64,000 bases of DNA from Acidobacteriota bacterium (GCA_965205505.1 CBDBHB010000009.1:576001-640000), one strand, 5' to 3'. Numbered from the stretch's first letter, positions 32,201 through 40,982 are shown. Notes: generated by a model not told the origin, from the letters alone. Numbers and translations are program-made.

Positions 32201-32746
32201 GCGCAGACTTGCCGTACCCGGCATCTCGAGCCGTGGCTCTATCGCATCTCCGAGATCGAGCCGGATGTCGCCGGCGTCGAATTCATAGCCCACCGCCGCA
32301 TCGCGCCACTCGATCTGGAGCTCGGAGATACGCAATCGCTCGACCGGCACTGTCGCGTCGACACGCATTCCGCCACCCTCGAAGTTGCTGGAACCGTCTG
32401 CGGCCACGAAGACGGTGAGGCGTGGCTTTCTCAGCTCGACGTGTTGAAAGGCCAATCCCCGCCAGGCGGAGCTCCACGGCAGGTCGAGGGTGAGCTCGTC
32501 GACATCGAAATACGAACGCTCTTGGCCCGGAGTACGCAGTTGCAGCCCGTGCAATCGAAACCACAGCGTCGGCAGCCGGTAGTCGAGCCGATCAACATGC
32601 ACGCTCCCTTCGGGGACGATCCGTGCCAGCACGGCGGCGAGTACGCGTGCCCGCGCCCACGGCGTGTGCAGGGCGGCGATTCCGGCGACCGCCGCTAGAG
32701 CTGCCAGAGCACAGAAGACCAACAACCGGCGGCGCCGACTCGACAT
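26258..32746 (-). CDS. AsmA/TamB-like domain fused to POTRA repeats and an Omp85 (TamA/BamA) beta-barrel, about 2160 aa
   Basis: N-terminal TM anchor; long beta-rich AsmA/TamB region; POTRA starts (VQFEG, IVGN, SFTGN, RIDG); barrel motifs ERFVAGGSTSLRGY and C-terminal FHFGIGHIF. Start set at MSSRRRR. Confidence 0.85.
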   Translation of the reverse strand: MSSRRRRLLVFCALAALAAVAGIAALHTPWARARVLAAVLARIVPEGSVHVDRLDYRLPTLWFRLHGLQLRTPGQERSYFDVDELTLDLPWSSAWRGLAFQHVELRKPRLTVFVAADGSSNFEGGGMRVDATVPVERLRISELQIEWRDAAVGYEFDAGDIRLDLGDAIEPRLEMPGTASLRVGHRQAEIELSGGPLSWDGRNLGIDQLRFDSTAAQLEIDGTVERLLADRELTLDVRTQALLGTLAELGGLDVAGGALSVAGRLSGPAMTPTVDMTLDIETALSRGVSLRRLHGHIQADQQAIRIDALRAELGGGDLTGDLHIGLAAGAVSRLLMRWENVDPAPLLAAALSSGWIVPATRLSGEVHAEWPGPAPAIADITASVLMSFDGSSPDAGAVAVDGRLEADLSAGVWRTSVDADVAAGLRIGAELTGAVEGRTLDGTAHLTVDNVGSVARRLIDVAPDLLGVLARADGQATADLAITGSVLEPRISGHADVEQLRFGATGWLTAAADIVTSGDSIALHDASLQFPGGTMKADLELNAGGHVAGRVRGSVTDLEAALDAVRLGERLAASGGVSGSLDWDLTLAGPLPLPGIEGTVDAHAIRVADGISIDAQARLSPTTHGIRIDELTASAGSNQLRVRGVINPGGEHIDLLGELDLTAPGNLGDRPELAYIESARAEVAVGVDLATSTVVVDLWSLHVDLPRFPVRSVIPGRVTWSPTEVSVEDLVLRVGDLDLSVAGALGSDPSLPGLHGRLRGDLSRLSDLATMGLALATGAPDTRRVVLSGDLDADLHVGGTLLEPQPAGSVRIIDGEVELNDTATLESLQLQASVDGRGLHVGELRGRWRGAELEADAEVPLALILGDTERPTAEPAVLRARLGPVLAAELAPLLGPELTAEFDGEATLSLQVAMPTLELADARADLQLDSLRLSSNGVTVSQLRPTRVRLEDGAVRIVDWIWTQPGKDDVSLVVAGAIELGDRQQLDLQLESHLQLDWIAPMIEAGVVEGGAHATLEITGTATRPSFDGRIELTDVGFISADPQIVVSDVNGTLTITNTEIHTDGLRGIVNGGTATLFLDFDLADPMSPTGLAGITARSIVVEGGGGRALGDVDVTISAPPQGGLRAFGEIRLLAGGYRTDASLAADLLGASAATQVRASAVPTPLDDLSYDIRVNTVDDLRIDTPYAELGLAADLQIVGTFARPGVVGRLTVREGGIVRLAGNAYSVDLGVIEFAETNRVAPTLNIAARAEIGGEQISVVLTGSAFNPTVEASAESGLDSGDVLSLMATGRTLAAAGDAGREVLAEQAFDLLTGQYLAGAVRQLGFESVRFERGGVPAAAQSELFPRDTDLAARLTLTRRIKNTFDLVFSQNLTNADERSWIGTVRLPFGLALRGGTFDDGTRSVELQHRLVLGGDARGASARRPAPRVRSVQFEGSSGYTEDVLRRELRVGLGDRFDFLRWQEDRDRLLRLYHQRGYLEADISARRSPPAGTDRSEITGIDLTYAIDRGPETVLTVEGDLPNGVRQELLETWGDSVLTEFLLEDMRQIVRAYLAKRGHVRPAVAVELIGDGARKEILLRFDPGERYRRRESSIVGNAFLDTEAIRRRLREQELAATDWTQGDELASAVRALYVERGWVDAIVQASGPEIDGDDARMRIEIEEGNRYRLGQVSFTGNAAVGEATLREVLATRLDGAYDRGELAMAVDAVLEAYLQRGHNGTTVRATIEANAETSRVDVVMHIDEAPQQILTDVRIDGLERVRRSVVSGAVRAQRGAPLVLRDVQAARQRLYATGVFERIKLEVQSNGPSRNGRQPVFLLVEVEEQPRLRLRYGVQLFSDETLEDQRQTRPGIAATLSHSALLGLPAELSATARYRGKDRLVRGVLGFRGFFGAPVRTSLIGELSRSETEGFFTTRVDDTRFTLEQRLRLSSSLTVGYSYNFKRARSTLIGQDFQLEPVTSARLVPTIIHDTRDDRLEPSRGLFQSATLEWAPAALESELLFRKLHLQQYAFFSLGRLTFASAIRFGSGASLDPTSTQLPRSERFVAGGSTSLRGYPDDAVGGTEFFGSFVPGGNAVLVLNQEVRFPIWHWIRGVGFLDAGSAFATASDLRLGRLKLSTGLGLRLVTPYLTLRFDYGVRLSDLSHLPDAPGGRFHFGIGHIF

Positions 32747-32786
32747 GCGTATCATTCTGCCAAATCCTCGTTTGCGGAGTCTGACC

Positions 32787-33329
32787 ATGGAAACGGCCTG
32801 GATCGACACCATCAGCGACGAAAGCGCCTCTCCGGAGCTCGCCAAGCTGTACGATCGTGCGCTCGACCCTGTCTCCGGCGAGCTCGACAACGTTCTCCGG
32901 GTGCACTCGCTGCACGCCGCTGGACTCAGCGCCCACCTCGAGCTCTATACCGCGGTGATGCGCGGTACACCGGGGTTGCGCACCGTCGAGCGCGAGATGA
33001 TCGCGCTCCTGGTGTCGCAATTGAACGGCTGCGGCTACTGAATCACCCATCACCGGCGTGGTTTACGCCGGCTGCTGCGTGACGACGAGCTCGCTGGTCG
33101 CATCGAGTCGAACTACCAGAATGCGGATCTCGGCGGCCGTCGCCTGGCTATGCTGCGCTTTACGGAGAAGCTCACGCTGCGCCCCTCAGAGATGCAACGC
33201 GCCGACGTGCTCACCTTGCGTGCGGCCGGCTTCGGCGACCCGGACATTCTGGGCATCGTCGAGGTAGTCTCCTACTATGCCTACGTGAACCGCATCGCTG
33301 ACGGTCTGGGAGTTGCACTTGAAGGCTGA
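32787..33329 (+). CDS. AhpD/carboxymuconolactone-decarboxylase-like peroxidase-related selenoprotein (CxxU)
   Basis: EREMIALLVSQLNGCGY-TGA-ITHH continues in frame to ...GFGDPDILGIVEVVSYYAYVNRIADGLG. UGA at 33039-33041 takes the position of the second Cys of CxxC, and a SECIS-like hairpin follows. Confidence 0.85.
33042..33075 (+). promoter_or_regulatory. Bacterial SECIS-like hairpin
   Basis: Perfect 7-bp stem CCGGCGT/ACGCCGG (33053-33059 / 33065-33071) with loop GGTTT starting 18 nt after the UGA. Confidence 0.7.
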
Positions 33330-33891
33330 TCCCCCTCTGCTGACGATGGTGCCGGAATGGCGCCACGAAGATGATTCGGTGATCGCCGAGACCCGGATCT
33401 TCACGCTGCGGCGCCGACTGGGCGTGTCGCCAAGCCGGCCGCAGCAGCCTGGCGAATTCTTCTATATCGACTCCGCTGACTGGGTGAACGTGATCGCCTT
33501 GACGGCGGCGAACGAAGTGGTAGCGATCGAGCAGTTCCGGCATGGCAACGGCGAGGTCACGCTGGAGATTCCCGGCGGCATGGTCGACCCCGGTGAGGAG
33601 CCGCTGGTGGCGGGGGTGCGCGAGCTGGCCGAGGAAACCGGCTACGTTGGCCATGAGGCGCGCCTGATAGGTAAGGCGACCCCGAACCCGGCGATCTTCA
33701 ACAATCACTGCCATACGGTGCTGGTGCGCGACGCGGTCGTAGCACATAAGCCGACCCCCGAGCTACACGAGGAGATCGGCATCCGGTTGCTGCCGTTGGC
33801 GCAGATTCCCGAGCTGATCACCGCCGGCGTAATCCATCACGCGATGGTGGTCGTCGCGTTCCACTTCCTCGCCCTCCAGGGGACCAAGTGA
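33313..33891 (+). CDS. NUDIX hydrolase (ADP-ribose pyrophosphatase-like)
   Basis: Nudix box GGMVDPGEEPLVAGVRELAEETGY. Start uncertain (33313, 33319 or 33346). Confidence 0.9.
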   Translation: MHLKADPPLLTMVPEWRHEDDSVIAETRIFTLRRRLGVSPSRPQQPGEFFYIDSADWVNVIALTAANEVVAIEQFRHGNGEVTLEIPGGMVDPGEEPLVAGVRELAEETGYVGHEARLIGKATPNPAIFNNHCHTVLVRDAVVAHKPTPELHEEIGIRLLPLAQIPELITAGVIHHAMVVVAFHFLALQGTK

Positions 33892-34841
33892 CGCCGCTGG
33901 GCCGGCACTCGAAGAGCGTGGCTTTCAGTGTCGTGACGATCAGCGCCATGGTTCTGGCGTGCCAGCCACCCCCTGGCGACCTGCGCATTGCTTGGGCGCC
34001 GGTGGAGTCGTTCAACCGCGAGTTGCCGGACCGAATTCGTGTGTATGCTGGCGCCGATCCCAGCATCCCGTTACGCGCTTGGTACGTAAGGGTGCAGCGA
34101 CACAGCGGCGGCCAGCTCGCCCGGGTATCGATCTCCACCGACGACGACGGCGTGGAGACGATTTCGGAGTTCGCGGCCCGGACATCGGCGCGTGTGGCCA
34201 TTAATGCGGGATTCTTCCGCACCGACACCGAGCTACCGCAACACATCGGCCTCTTGCTGATCGATCAAGTGCTCCTACAGTCGCCGCTGACGTCGGTCAT
34301 CTACGACGAGCAGCGCTACTACGTGGCACGTGCGGCGCTCGGTTTGATGCTTGACGGTTCGGCTGACGTTGCCTGGGTCACCGGACATGAAGGCTTGCTT
34401 TACGAACAATCGGAGCCACCGCAGAATGTGCCGAACGCGCCGGCGGCGGAACCGCAGGCTGATTCCTTGGTCGAGTGGCCGGTGCGCGACGCGGTAGCCG
34501 GGGGGCCGGTCCTGGTTGACGCTGGTGAAGTGCGAGTCACGAGTCATCAAGAAGTTTTCTTTGGCACCGCTAGCGATGAGGCGCATCCGCGGTCAGCGGC
34601 GGGCGTAACCGCCGCGGGAGAGTTGATCGTCATGGTGGTCGATGGTCGCCAACGGGAGAGCCGTGGGGTAGATCTGCGGGAACTGGCCGAGCTGATGCGC
34701 GACGTCGGCTGCGTCGAGGCGCTCAATCTCGACGGCGGTGGCTCGTCGACGCTGGTCGTTGACGGCGCACTGGTAAACCGGCCGCTAGGGAGTGAGTCGC
34801 AGCGCGAGGTCATGTCGGCGCTGATGGTCATGGAACCTTAA
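33888..34841 (+). CDS. Phosphodiester glycosidase (NAGPA) family protein
   Basis: INAGFF, GGPVLV, HPRSAAG, VVDGRQ..SRG, ALNLDGGGSS. Confidence 0.88.
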   Translation: MTPLGRHSKSVAFSVVTISAMVLACQPPPGDLRIAWAPVESFNRELPDRIRVYAGADPSIPLRAWYVRVQRHSGGQLARVSISTDDDGVETISEFAARTSARVAINAGFFRTDTELPQHIGLLLIDQVLLQSPLTSVIYDEQRYYVARAALGLMLDGSADVAWVTGHEGLLYEQSEPPQNVPNAPAAEPQADSLVEWPVRDAVAGGPVLVDAGEVRVTSHQEVFFGTASDEAHPRSAAGVTAAGELIVMVVDGRQRESRGVDLRELAELMRDVGCVEALNLDGGGSSTLVVDGALVNRPLGSESQREVMSALMVMEP

Positions 34842-34878
34842 GGCCTGCCGGGCTGCTGAAGATGGAGGGGATCAGACA

Positions 34879-36180
34879 ATGTCGAGGGGTTTTTGGTCGG
34901 TGGCGGTGTCGGGGTGGCTCGTGGTCGTTGCGGGGTGCTCCGCCCCTGAGCCGATCGAGGTTACTGAAGCCGATTTCGGGGCTGTGGCGCGTGGCATCCA
35001 CGAGCGCGTCATAACAATCGATACTCACGACGACATCCCCGCGAACTTTGCCACCGCCGAGGTCGATCCGGGCGTTCGTGGCGATCGGCAGGTCGACCTG
35101 CCCAAGATGCGCGAGGGCGGGCTCGATGTGGCGTTCTTCGTCGTCTTCGTGGGTCAAGGCAACAACGACGCCGCCGGATACACCGGCGCCTACGAACAGG
35201 CGATGACGAAGTTCGAAGCGATCCACCGGCTGACCGAGCAGATGCACCCGGACTTGATCGAGTTGGCGACCAGCGCCGCTGATGTGGAGCGCATCGTCGG
35301 CGAGGGCAAGCTGGTGGCGGCAATCGGTATCGAGAACGGCTGGCCGGTAGGCGAGGACCTGACGAACGTCGCCAAGTTCCACGAGCTGGGTGGAGGCTAT
35401 TTTGGATTGGTACACAACGGGCACAACCAGATCGCCGACTCCACCAATCCGCGCGACGGCGAGCCCGCCGAGCTGCACGGTGGTGTGAGCGATTATGGCG
35501 CCGAGGTGATCGCCGAGGTCAACCGCGTGGGCATGATGATCGACGTGTCGCACGCCTCCAAGGCAGCCATGCTCGAGGCCCTAGAGCTGTCTCAGGCGCC
35601 AGTGATCGGGTCGCACTCGGGATGCAGCGCCCTGTGCGACGTGAGCCGCAACATGGATGACGAGCAGCTGCTGGCACTGAGGGAGAACGGCGGGGTGATT
35701 CAGATGGTTGCGCTGGGCGACTTCGTGAAGGTCACGTCGGAGCGTGAGGCGGCGATCAACGAGCTGGCGCGCGAGATCGCCGGCATGGACAGCATGCGGG
35801 CGGTATCCCGTAGCCGTTTCTCCGCCCCCAAGGAGGAGCGTGCCGCGATCGAGGAGCAGCTGGCCGAGATTCAGGCGAGAGTGGCGGCGGAGGTCGATCC
35901 CGTGCATCCAGCGGCGGGCGTGGCCGATTTCGTCGACCACATCGACCACGCGGTGAATTTGATCGGCCTAGAGCATGTCGGTATCAGCTCCGACTTCGAC
36001 GGCGGCGGCGGCGTGGTCGGCTGGAACGATGCCAGCGAGACCTTGAACGTGACGCTGGAACTTGTCCAACGTGGTTATAGCGAGGACGAGATCCGCGCTC
36101 TCTGGGGCGGCAACCTGCTGCGCGTTTGGCGGGAGGTAGAGGAGGTGGCGTGGAGCATGCAGGCGTCAGGAGCCAGCTGA
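34879..36180 (+). CDS. Membrane dipeptidase (peptidase M19), lipoprotein
   Basis: IDTHDD, VDLPKMREGG, GIENG, IDVSH, SHSG, SSDFDGG; lipobox VAGC. Confidence 0.92.
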   Translation: MSRGFWSVAVSGWLVVVAGCSAPEPIEVTEADFGAVARGIHERVITIDTHDDIPANFATAEVDPGVRGDRQVDLPKMREGGLDVAFFVVFVGQGNNDAAGYTGAYEQAMTKFEAIHRLTEQMHPDLIELATSAADVERIVGEGKLVAAIGIENGWPVGEDLTNVAKFHELGGGYFGLVHNGHNQIADSTNPRDGEPAELHGGVSDYGAEVIAEVNRVGMMIDVSHASKAAMLEALELSQAPVIGSHSGCSALCDVSRNMDDEQLLALRENGGVIQMVALGDFVKVTSEREAAINELAREIAGMDSMRAVSRSRFSAPKEERAAIEEQLAEIQARVAAEVDPVHPAAGVADFVDHIDHAVNLIGLEHVGISSDFDGGGGVVGWNDASETLNVTLELVQRGYSEDEIRALWGGNLLRVWREVEEVAWSMQASGAS

Positions 36181-36362
36181 GGCAAGACCCGTGCAGTCGC
36201 GTCGGCCCGTTTCGCCCGATTTGCACGACTGCTGGTGGCGGCGGACACTGGTGCGGTTGGACTCAACGTCGAGCTGCCGAATGGTGGCGGCTCCATGCTC
36301 CTGAACAGGTCGAGTCGCAGGTAGCTTGACGGCCCCGCGTCTCCGGTAACCGAGGACGAGAC

Positions 36363-36761
36363 ATGCGTGGCTTTGTGTTCATGGCCCATTCGGGCGTTCG
36401 CTATCTGGTGCTGTTGGCAGCGATCGTTGCCATCGCCTATTTGCTGATGGCCGTAATGCAGCGCCGGCCATTCGGCAAGGCATCACGCACGCTCAGCGCG
36501 ATCTACACTGGCCTGCTTGATTTGCAGACACTGCTCGGCCTGATCAACATGATGGTGGTGCCGATCTACCCGCAGCTACTCGGCCACATCTTCGTCATGT
36601 TCGGGGCGGTCTTCGCGGCCCACGGCTTCGTGATGACCAATAAGCGCAAGCCGGAAGCCGAGCAGACCAACCTCGCCCCGCTACTTGGTGTGGTGGTATC
36701 GGTTGGTCTTATCATCCTGGGCATCATGGCGATTGGTCGGCCGATCTTCGGCTCGTCCTGA
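36363..36761 (+). CDS. Four-TM hypothetical membrane protein
   Basis: AHSGVRY and H..M..A motifs in hydrophobic helices; stop overlaps the next start. Confidence 0.7.
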   Translation: MRGFVFMAHSGVRYLVLLAAIVAIAYLLMAVMQRRPFGKASRTLSAIYTGLLDLQTLLGLINMMVVPIYPQLLGHIFVMFGAVFAAHGFVMTNKRKPEAEQTNLAPLLGVVVSVGLIILGIMAIGRPIFGSS

Positions 36762-38260
36762 TGGAGGCGTTCGACCAGCTGCGCGAGCTGCTCGGACAGG
36801 TCGTCGACCTCAACGCTGCTCAGGCATTGCTCTCCTGGGATCAAGAGACCTACATGCCGCCCGGTGGCCTGAACGCTCGTGCGCAGCAGCTGGCCACCCT
36901 CGGGAAGCTGGCACACGAACGCTTCGTCTCCGACGAGGTCGGCCGATTGCTCGAGGAGCTAGAGCCTCTGGCCGCGGAGCTTGACGCCGATTCCGACCAG
37001 GCTCGGATGATCAGCGTCGTCCGTCGCGATTTCGACAAGGCTACCCGGCTTCCGGCGACGCTGGTCGCCGAGCTGGCGCGAAGCAGGGCAATGTCGCAAC
37101 AGGCCTGGAAGGGTGCCCGCGAGGACTCGGATTTCGCACGACTCCGACCACATCTGGAGCACGTGGTAGACCTCCTGCGCCGCAAGGCCGAGGCGCTGGG
37201 CTACGAGGATGTCCCCTACGATGCGCTGCTCGACGAATACGAGCCCGAGATGCGTACCGCGCGCCTGCGGGTCGTCTTCGCGGCCCTCCGCAAGGAGCTC
37301 GTGCCGATCGTTCAGGCGATCGCCGAGAGCCCGGTTGCCGATGACAGCTTTCTTCATCAGGAGTTCGACGAGCAGCTGCAGTGGGAATTCGGCCTGCGTG
37401 TAGCACGCGATTTCGGTTTCGACCTCGAGCGCGGACGCCAGGACAGATCGGCACATCCCTTCTCGACGAGCTTCTCAATCAACGACGTTCGCATAACCAC
37501 GCGTGTGCAGTTGAACTTCCTGCCATCGTGCCTGTTCGGAACCCTGCACGAGGCCGGACACGCGATGTACGAACAGGGCGTCGACGCGACGCTCGAGCGC
37601 ACCCTGCTCGCCAGCGGTACTTCGCTCGGCGTGCACGAATCGCAGTCGCGGCTGTGGGAGAATCTCGTTGGGCGCTCGCGACCGTTCTGGTCGTTCTACT
37701 ACGAGCTGTTGCAACGAGCGTTCCCTGCTCAGCTCGGCGGCGTCTCCGTCGACCAGTTCTACCGCGGTATCAACAAGGTGGAGCCTTCGCTGATTCGGGT
37801 GGAGGCAGATGAGGTGACCTACAACCTTCACATCATGCTGCGCTTCGAGCTCGAGACGGCACTGTTGGCGGGTGATCTGACGGTACGCGATCTGCCGGAG
37901 GCGTGGAACGAGAAGAGCCGCGAGTACCTTGGTCTGGCGCCTGCCGACGACGCCAGCGGCGTGCTCCAAGACATCCACTGGTCAGCGGGTCTGATCGGTT
38001 ACTTCCCGACCTATGCCCTTGGCAATCTGATCTCCGCGCAGCTGTTCGAGCGCGCCACGCTGGAGATCACGGACCTGGAGGATCAGATCGCCTCGGGCAA
38101 CTTTGCTGAGCTCCTCGGCTGGTTGCGCGAGCACATCCATCGACCCGGTCGAAAGTTCACCGCCAGCGAGCTCCTGCGGCGCATTACCGACTCGGACATC
38201 GACGCTGGCGCTTGGCTCGGGTACGTGCGCGCCAAGTTTGGCCGCCTGTACGATCTCTAG
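36761..38260 (+). CDS. Carboxypeptidase Taq (peptidase M32)
   Basis: LSWDQETYMP, HPF, DVRITTR, HEAGH, HESQ, IRVEAD, GVLQDIHW, GYFPTY. Confidence 0.95.
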   Translation: MEAFDQLRELLGQVVDLNAAQALLSWDQETYMPPGGLNARAQQLATLGKLAHERFVSDEVGRLLEELEPLAAELDADSDQARMISVVRRDFDKATRLPATLVAELARSRAMSQQAWKGAREDSDFARLRPHLEHVVDLLRRKAEALGYEDVPYDALLDEYEPEMRTARLRVVFAALRKELVPIVQAIAESPVADDSFLHQEFDEQLQWEFGLRVARDFGFDLERGRQDRSAHPFSTSFSINDVRITTRVQLNFLPSCLFGTLHEAGHAMYEQGVDATLERTLLASGTSLGVHESQSRLWENLVGRSRPFWSFYYELLQRAFPAQLGGVSVDQFYRGINKVEPSLIRVEADEVTYNLHIMLRFELETALLAGDLTVRDLPEAWNEKSREYLGLAPADDASGVLQDIHWSAGLIGYFPTYALGNLISAQLFERATLEITDLEDQIASGNFAELLGWLREHIHRPGRKFTASELLRRITDSDIDAGAWLGYVRAKFGRLYDL

Positions 38261-38292
38261 CAGGGTGCTGAAGAACTCTGGTGGGTCTGGCG
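38257..38292 (+). repeat. Isolated left end of a MITE subfamily
   Basis: CTAGCAGGGTGCTGAAGAACTCTGGTGGGTCTGGCG, a variant of the 22347 TIR; starts at the M32 stop codon. Confidence 0.7.
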
Positions 38293-38448
38293 CGTGGGTC
38301 TTGCTGGCGAGATCAAGAAAGAGCGGTGGCGCCACGCTCTCACGGCGTGGGCTCGAGCCTGCCACCCTACACCCGACCGCATGGCTCCGATAAGGTTCGA
38401 GCCTGAATCCCTATCACCAATAAGCACCGTCGTACCCGGAGGTCTGCC

Positions 38449-40593
38449 ATGCATCGACGCGCACTCACGCTGTTGACGCTCATCCTCAGCCTGGGGGTGA
38501 CCCTGGATCCTGCCTCGAGTCTGGCTCAGGAGGCGGCGTCCGCAGCAACGGAGCCCGGCCGTCTGGCTGCCGAAGACACCCTGCGGATCAGCAACGTCGG
38601 CAACCCGCGCATCTCGCCGGACGGCGAGTGGGTGCTTTACACGGTGGCGAGCCGCGATATGGATGACGACGAGCTGTCGCGCCACACGCACTTGTATCGC
38701 GTACGTGTTGACGGCACCGGGGGGAGGCAACTCACCCGGGGAGACAGCTCCGCCAGCTCGCCACAGTGGTTTCCGTCGGGCGACAAGTTCGCCTTCCTTC
38801 GCGAGGTCGACGAGGAAAGTCAGGTATTTGCCATGCACACCGATGGCGGGGAGGCCTGGCAGGTGACGGATTCCGAGGAAGGGGCTGGCAGCTACGGGCT
38901 CTCTCCGGACGGCAGCAAGATCTGGTTCGTGGCGCGTGACCCCGAGACCGCTGAGCAGAAGCGGCGCGCCAAACAGCACGACGATGCCGTCGTCGTCGAT
39001 GCCGAGTTCCGCTTCAGTCACCTCTGGTTGCACGATATGGAGGCGGGCGAGTCGACGCGGCTGACGGACGGCGACTTTACCGTCAGCGACCCACGCTGGT
39101 CGCCTGATTCCAGCCGTATCGCCTTTGTTACGCGACCGACGACCAAGGTGAACGACGGCTGGAACAGCGACATCCGCGTGGCCGACGTTGCTTCGGGCGA
39201 GTCGCGGGTGTTGTTCCAGAACCCAGGGCCCGATACCTCTCCGCGCTGGTCGCCGGACGGCGACAAGATCGCGTTCACCGCCAACACCCACTCCGGAACA
39301 ACCGTCTGGCACAGCAAGCTCTACCTGCTGCCGGCGGATGGCGGTGGCGAACCCAAGATCTTGCTCGAGGACTTCGACCTGAACGCCGGCGCGCCGATCT
39401 GGGCTCCCAACGGCGCCGATATCTATTGGGCCACCGGTGAGCGCACCGACGTGGCGCTCTACTCGGTGCAGCTAGCTACCGACGAAGTTCTGCGGCACGG
39501 TGTGCCCTCGGGCGCCAACTTCCAGTTCCAGCTGTCGCACGACGGCGGTCGCTGGGTATGGGTGCACTCCAACCCGGCGCATCCGTCCGAGCTCTACACC
39601 GCGCCGTCGAACGATCTTTCGCAGCTCACTCGTCTCACCACCCACAATGCCTGGTTGGCGGAGTCGTTCGAGCTCGCCGCCGCCCGCCCCATCACCTGGA
39701 CCAACTCCGACGGTCAGGAGATCGAGGGCGTGGTGCACTTTCCGATCGGGTATCGGGAGGGGACGGCGTACCCGCTTATCGTCCACCCGCACGGTGGTCC
39801 CAGCGGCGCGGTGATGACGTCGTTCAACTCCACCAACCAGATGCTCGCCGCCAACGGCTTCCTGGTGTTGCAGCCCAACTTCCGCGGCAGCTCCAACTAC
39901 GGTCAGGAGTTCCTCAACGCCAACCGTGACAACTGGGGCACACGCGACTACGACGACATCATGACCGGGGTCGACGACCTCATCGCGCGCGGCTGGGCCG
40001 ATGCCGATCGGATGGTCGCGTACGGTTGGAGCTACGGTGGCTACATGACCTTTTGGATGTCCACCCAGACCGATCGCTTCAAGCTGATCTCACCGGGTGC
40101 CGGGCTCACCAACTTGTACTCGATGTACAGCACGACCGACATTCCGGGATACATGGGGTGGTTCTTCGGCACGCCGTGGGACGACGAGGACGCGTACCGA
40201 CGCCACTCGCCCATTCGCCACGTGAAGAACGTCACCGCCAAGATGCTGATCATGCACGGCGCGAACGATGCCCGCGTGCCACCGGAGCAGGCGGTGGAGT
40301 TCTACCAGGCGCTGCGCGACCTGGGTAAGGACGTCACGTACATTTCCTATCCGCGCCAGGGACACGGCATCGGTGAGCCGCGACTGCAAGTGGACCGCCT
40401 GCGTCGTTATGTGTGCGCGTTCACCGATGCTGTAGGGATGGACGCTACCACCGAGGATTGCGACGGCGGCGTGCCGGCGGTGCCTGCCGAGCCTGCCGAA
40501 GAGAGCGAGGACACGGCAGCGGGCAGCAGCGCCGACGATGACAACGATGCGCTGGGAGACGGTACTTTCCGTGTCGTCGAGGCGCACGAATAG
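38449..40593 (+). CDS. S9-family (acylaminoacyl/dipeptidyl) peptidase with PD40 beta-propeller
   Basis: Signal peptide; SPDG/WSPD repeats; HGGP, GWSYGG nucleophile, HGANDARV, QGHG. Confidence 0.93.
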   Translation: MHRRALTLLTLILSLGVTLDPASSLAQEAASAATEPGRLAAEDTLRISNVGNPRISPDGEWVLYTVASRDMDDDELSRHTHLYRVRVDGTGGRQLTRGDSSASSPQWFPSGDKFAFLREVDEESQVFAMHTDGGEAWQVTDSEEGAGSYGLSPDGSKIWFVARDPETAEQKRRAKQHDDAVVVDAEFRFSHLWLHDMEAGESTRLTDGDFTVSDPRWSPDSSRIAFVTRPTTKVNDGWNSDIRVADVASGESRVLFQNPGPDTSPRWSPDGDKIAFTANTHSGTTVWHSKLYLLPADGGGEPKILLEDFDLNAGAPIWAPNGADIYWATGERTDVALYSVQLATDEVLRHGVPSGANFQFQLSHDGGRWVWVHSNPAHPSELYTAPSNDLSQLTRLTTHNAWLAESFELAAARPITWTNSDGQEIEGVVHFPIGYREGTAYPLIVHPHGGPSGAVMTSFNSTNQMLAANGFLVLQPNFRGSSNYGQEFLNANRDNWGTRDYDDIMTGVDDLIARGWADADRMVAYGWSYGGYMTFWMSTQTDRFKLISPGAGLTNLYSMYSTTDIPGYMGWFFGTPWDDEDAYRRHSPIRHVKNVTAKMLIMHGANDARVPPEQAVEFYQALRDLGKDVTYISYPRQGHGIGEPRLQVDRLRRYVCAFTDAVGMDATTEDCDGGVPAVPAEPAEESEDTAAGSSADDDNDALGDGTFRVVEAHE

Positions 40594-40693
40594 CTGATCC
40601 GATGGTCGGCGCCCACGACGGCGGTGTACCCGAGCGCGCTGTGGACGCCGCCATGCTCCACGAGCGGCTGGGACCCGTGTCTTCTGGCCCCCC

Positions 40694-40753
40694 GAAAAAT
40701 CCGTACCGAACTGGCTTTCAGTGACTTTTATAATGGGACACTATCCAGAAGTG
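40694..40753 (+). repeat. Left 60-bp direct repeat (att/dif-like)
   Basis: Aligns without gaps to 42923-42982 (51/60; core 36/38, TTTCAGTGACTTTYATAATGGGACACTAYCCAGAAGTG). Confidence 0.85.
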
Positions 40754-40982
40754 GGTGGTGTCATAATATCGTTTTCTTTCATCTGTTCTGATGTTGAAGT
40801 TTAGTCACCATGGTGAAATAATCCAAATCAACTTCAGAAGCATAGCCCGGCGGAAGCTCCGGTAGACACCTGTTTGGCCCGAAACAACTCAGGCCGGACG
40901 GTCGGCGCACCCGCCGGGCGTTCCTGTGTCTTAACGTGAATCGATTCGCGTCATATGATCTTTCTGTCTGCCGGAGATCATC

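Noticed and set aside
32592-33041. Overlap between the TamB fusion (track start 32890) and the AhpD-like gene (track start 32664)
   Set aside because: Plausible starts at 32746 and 32787 give a normal 40-bp divergent gap.
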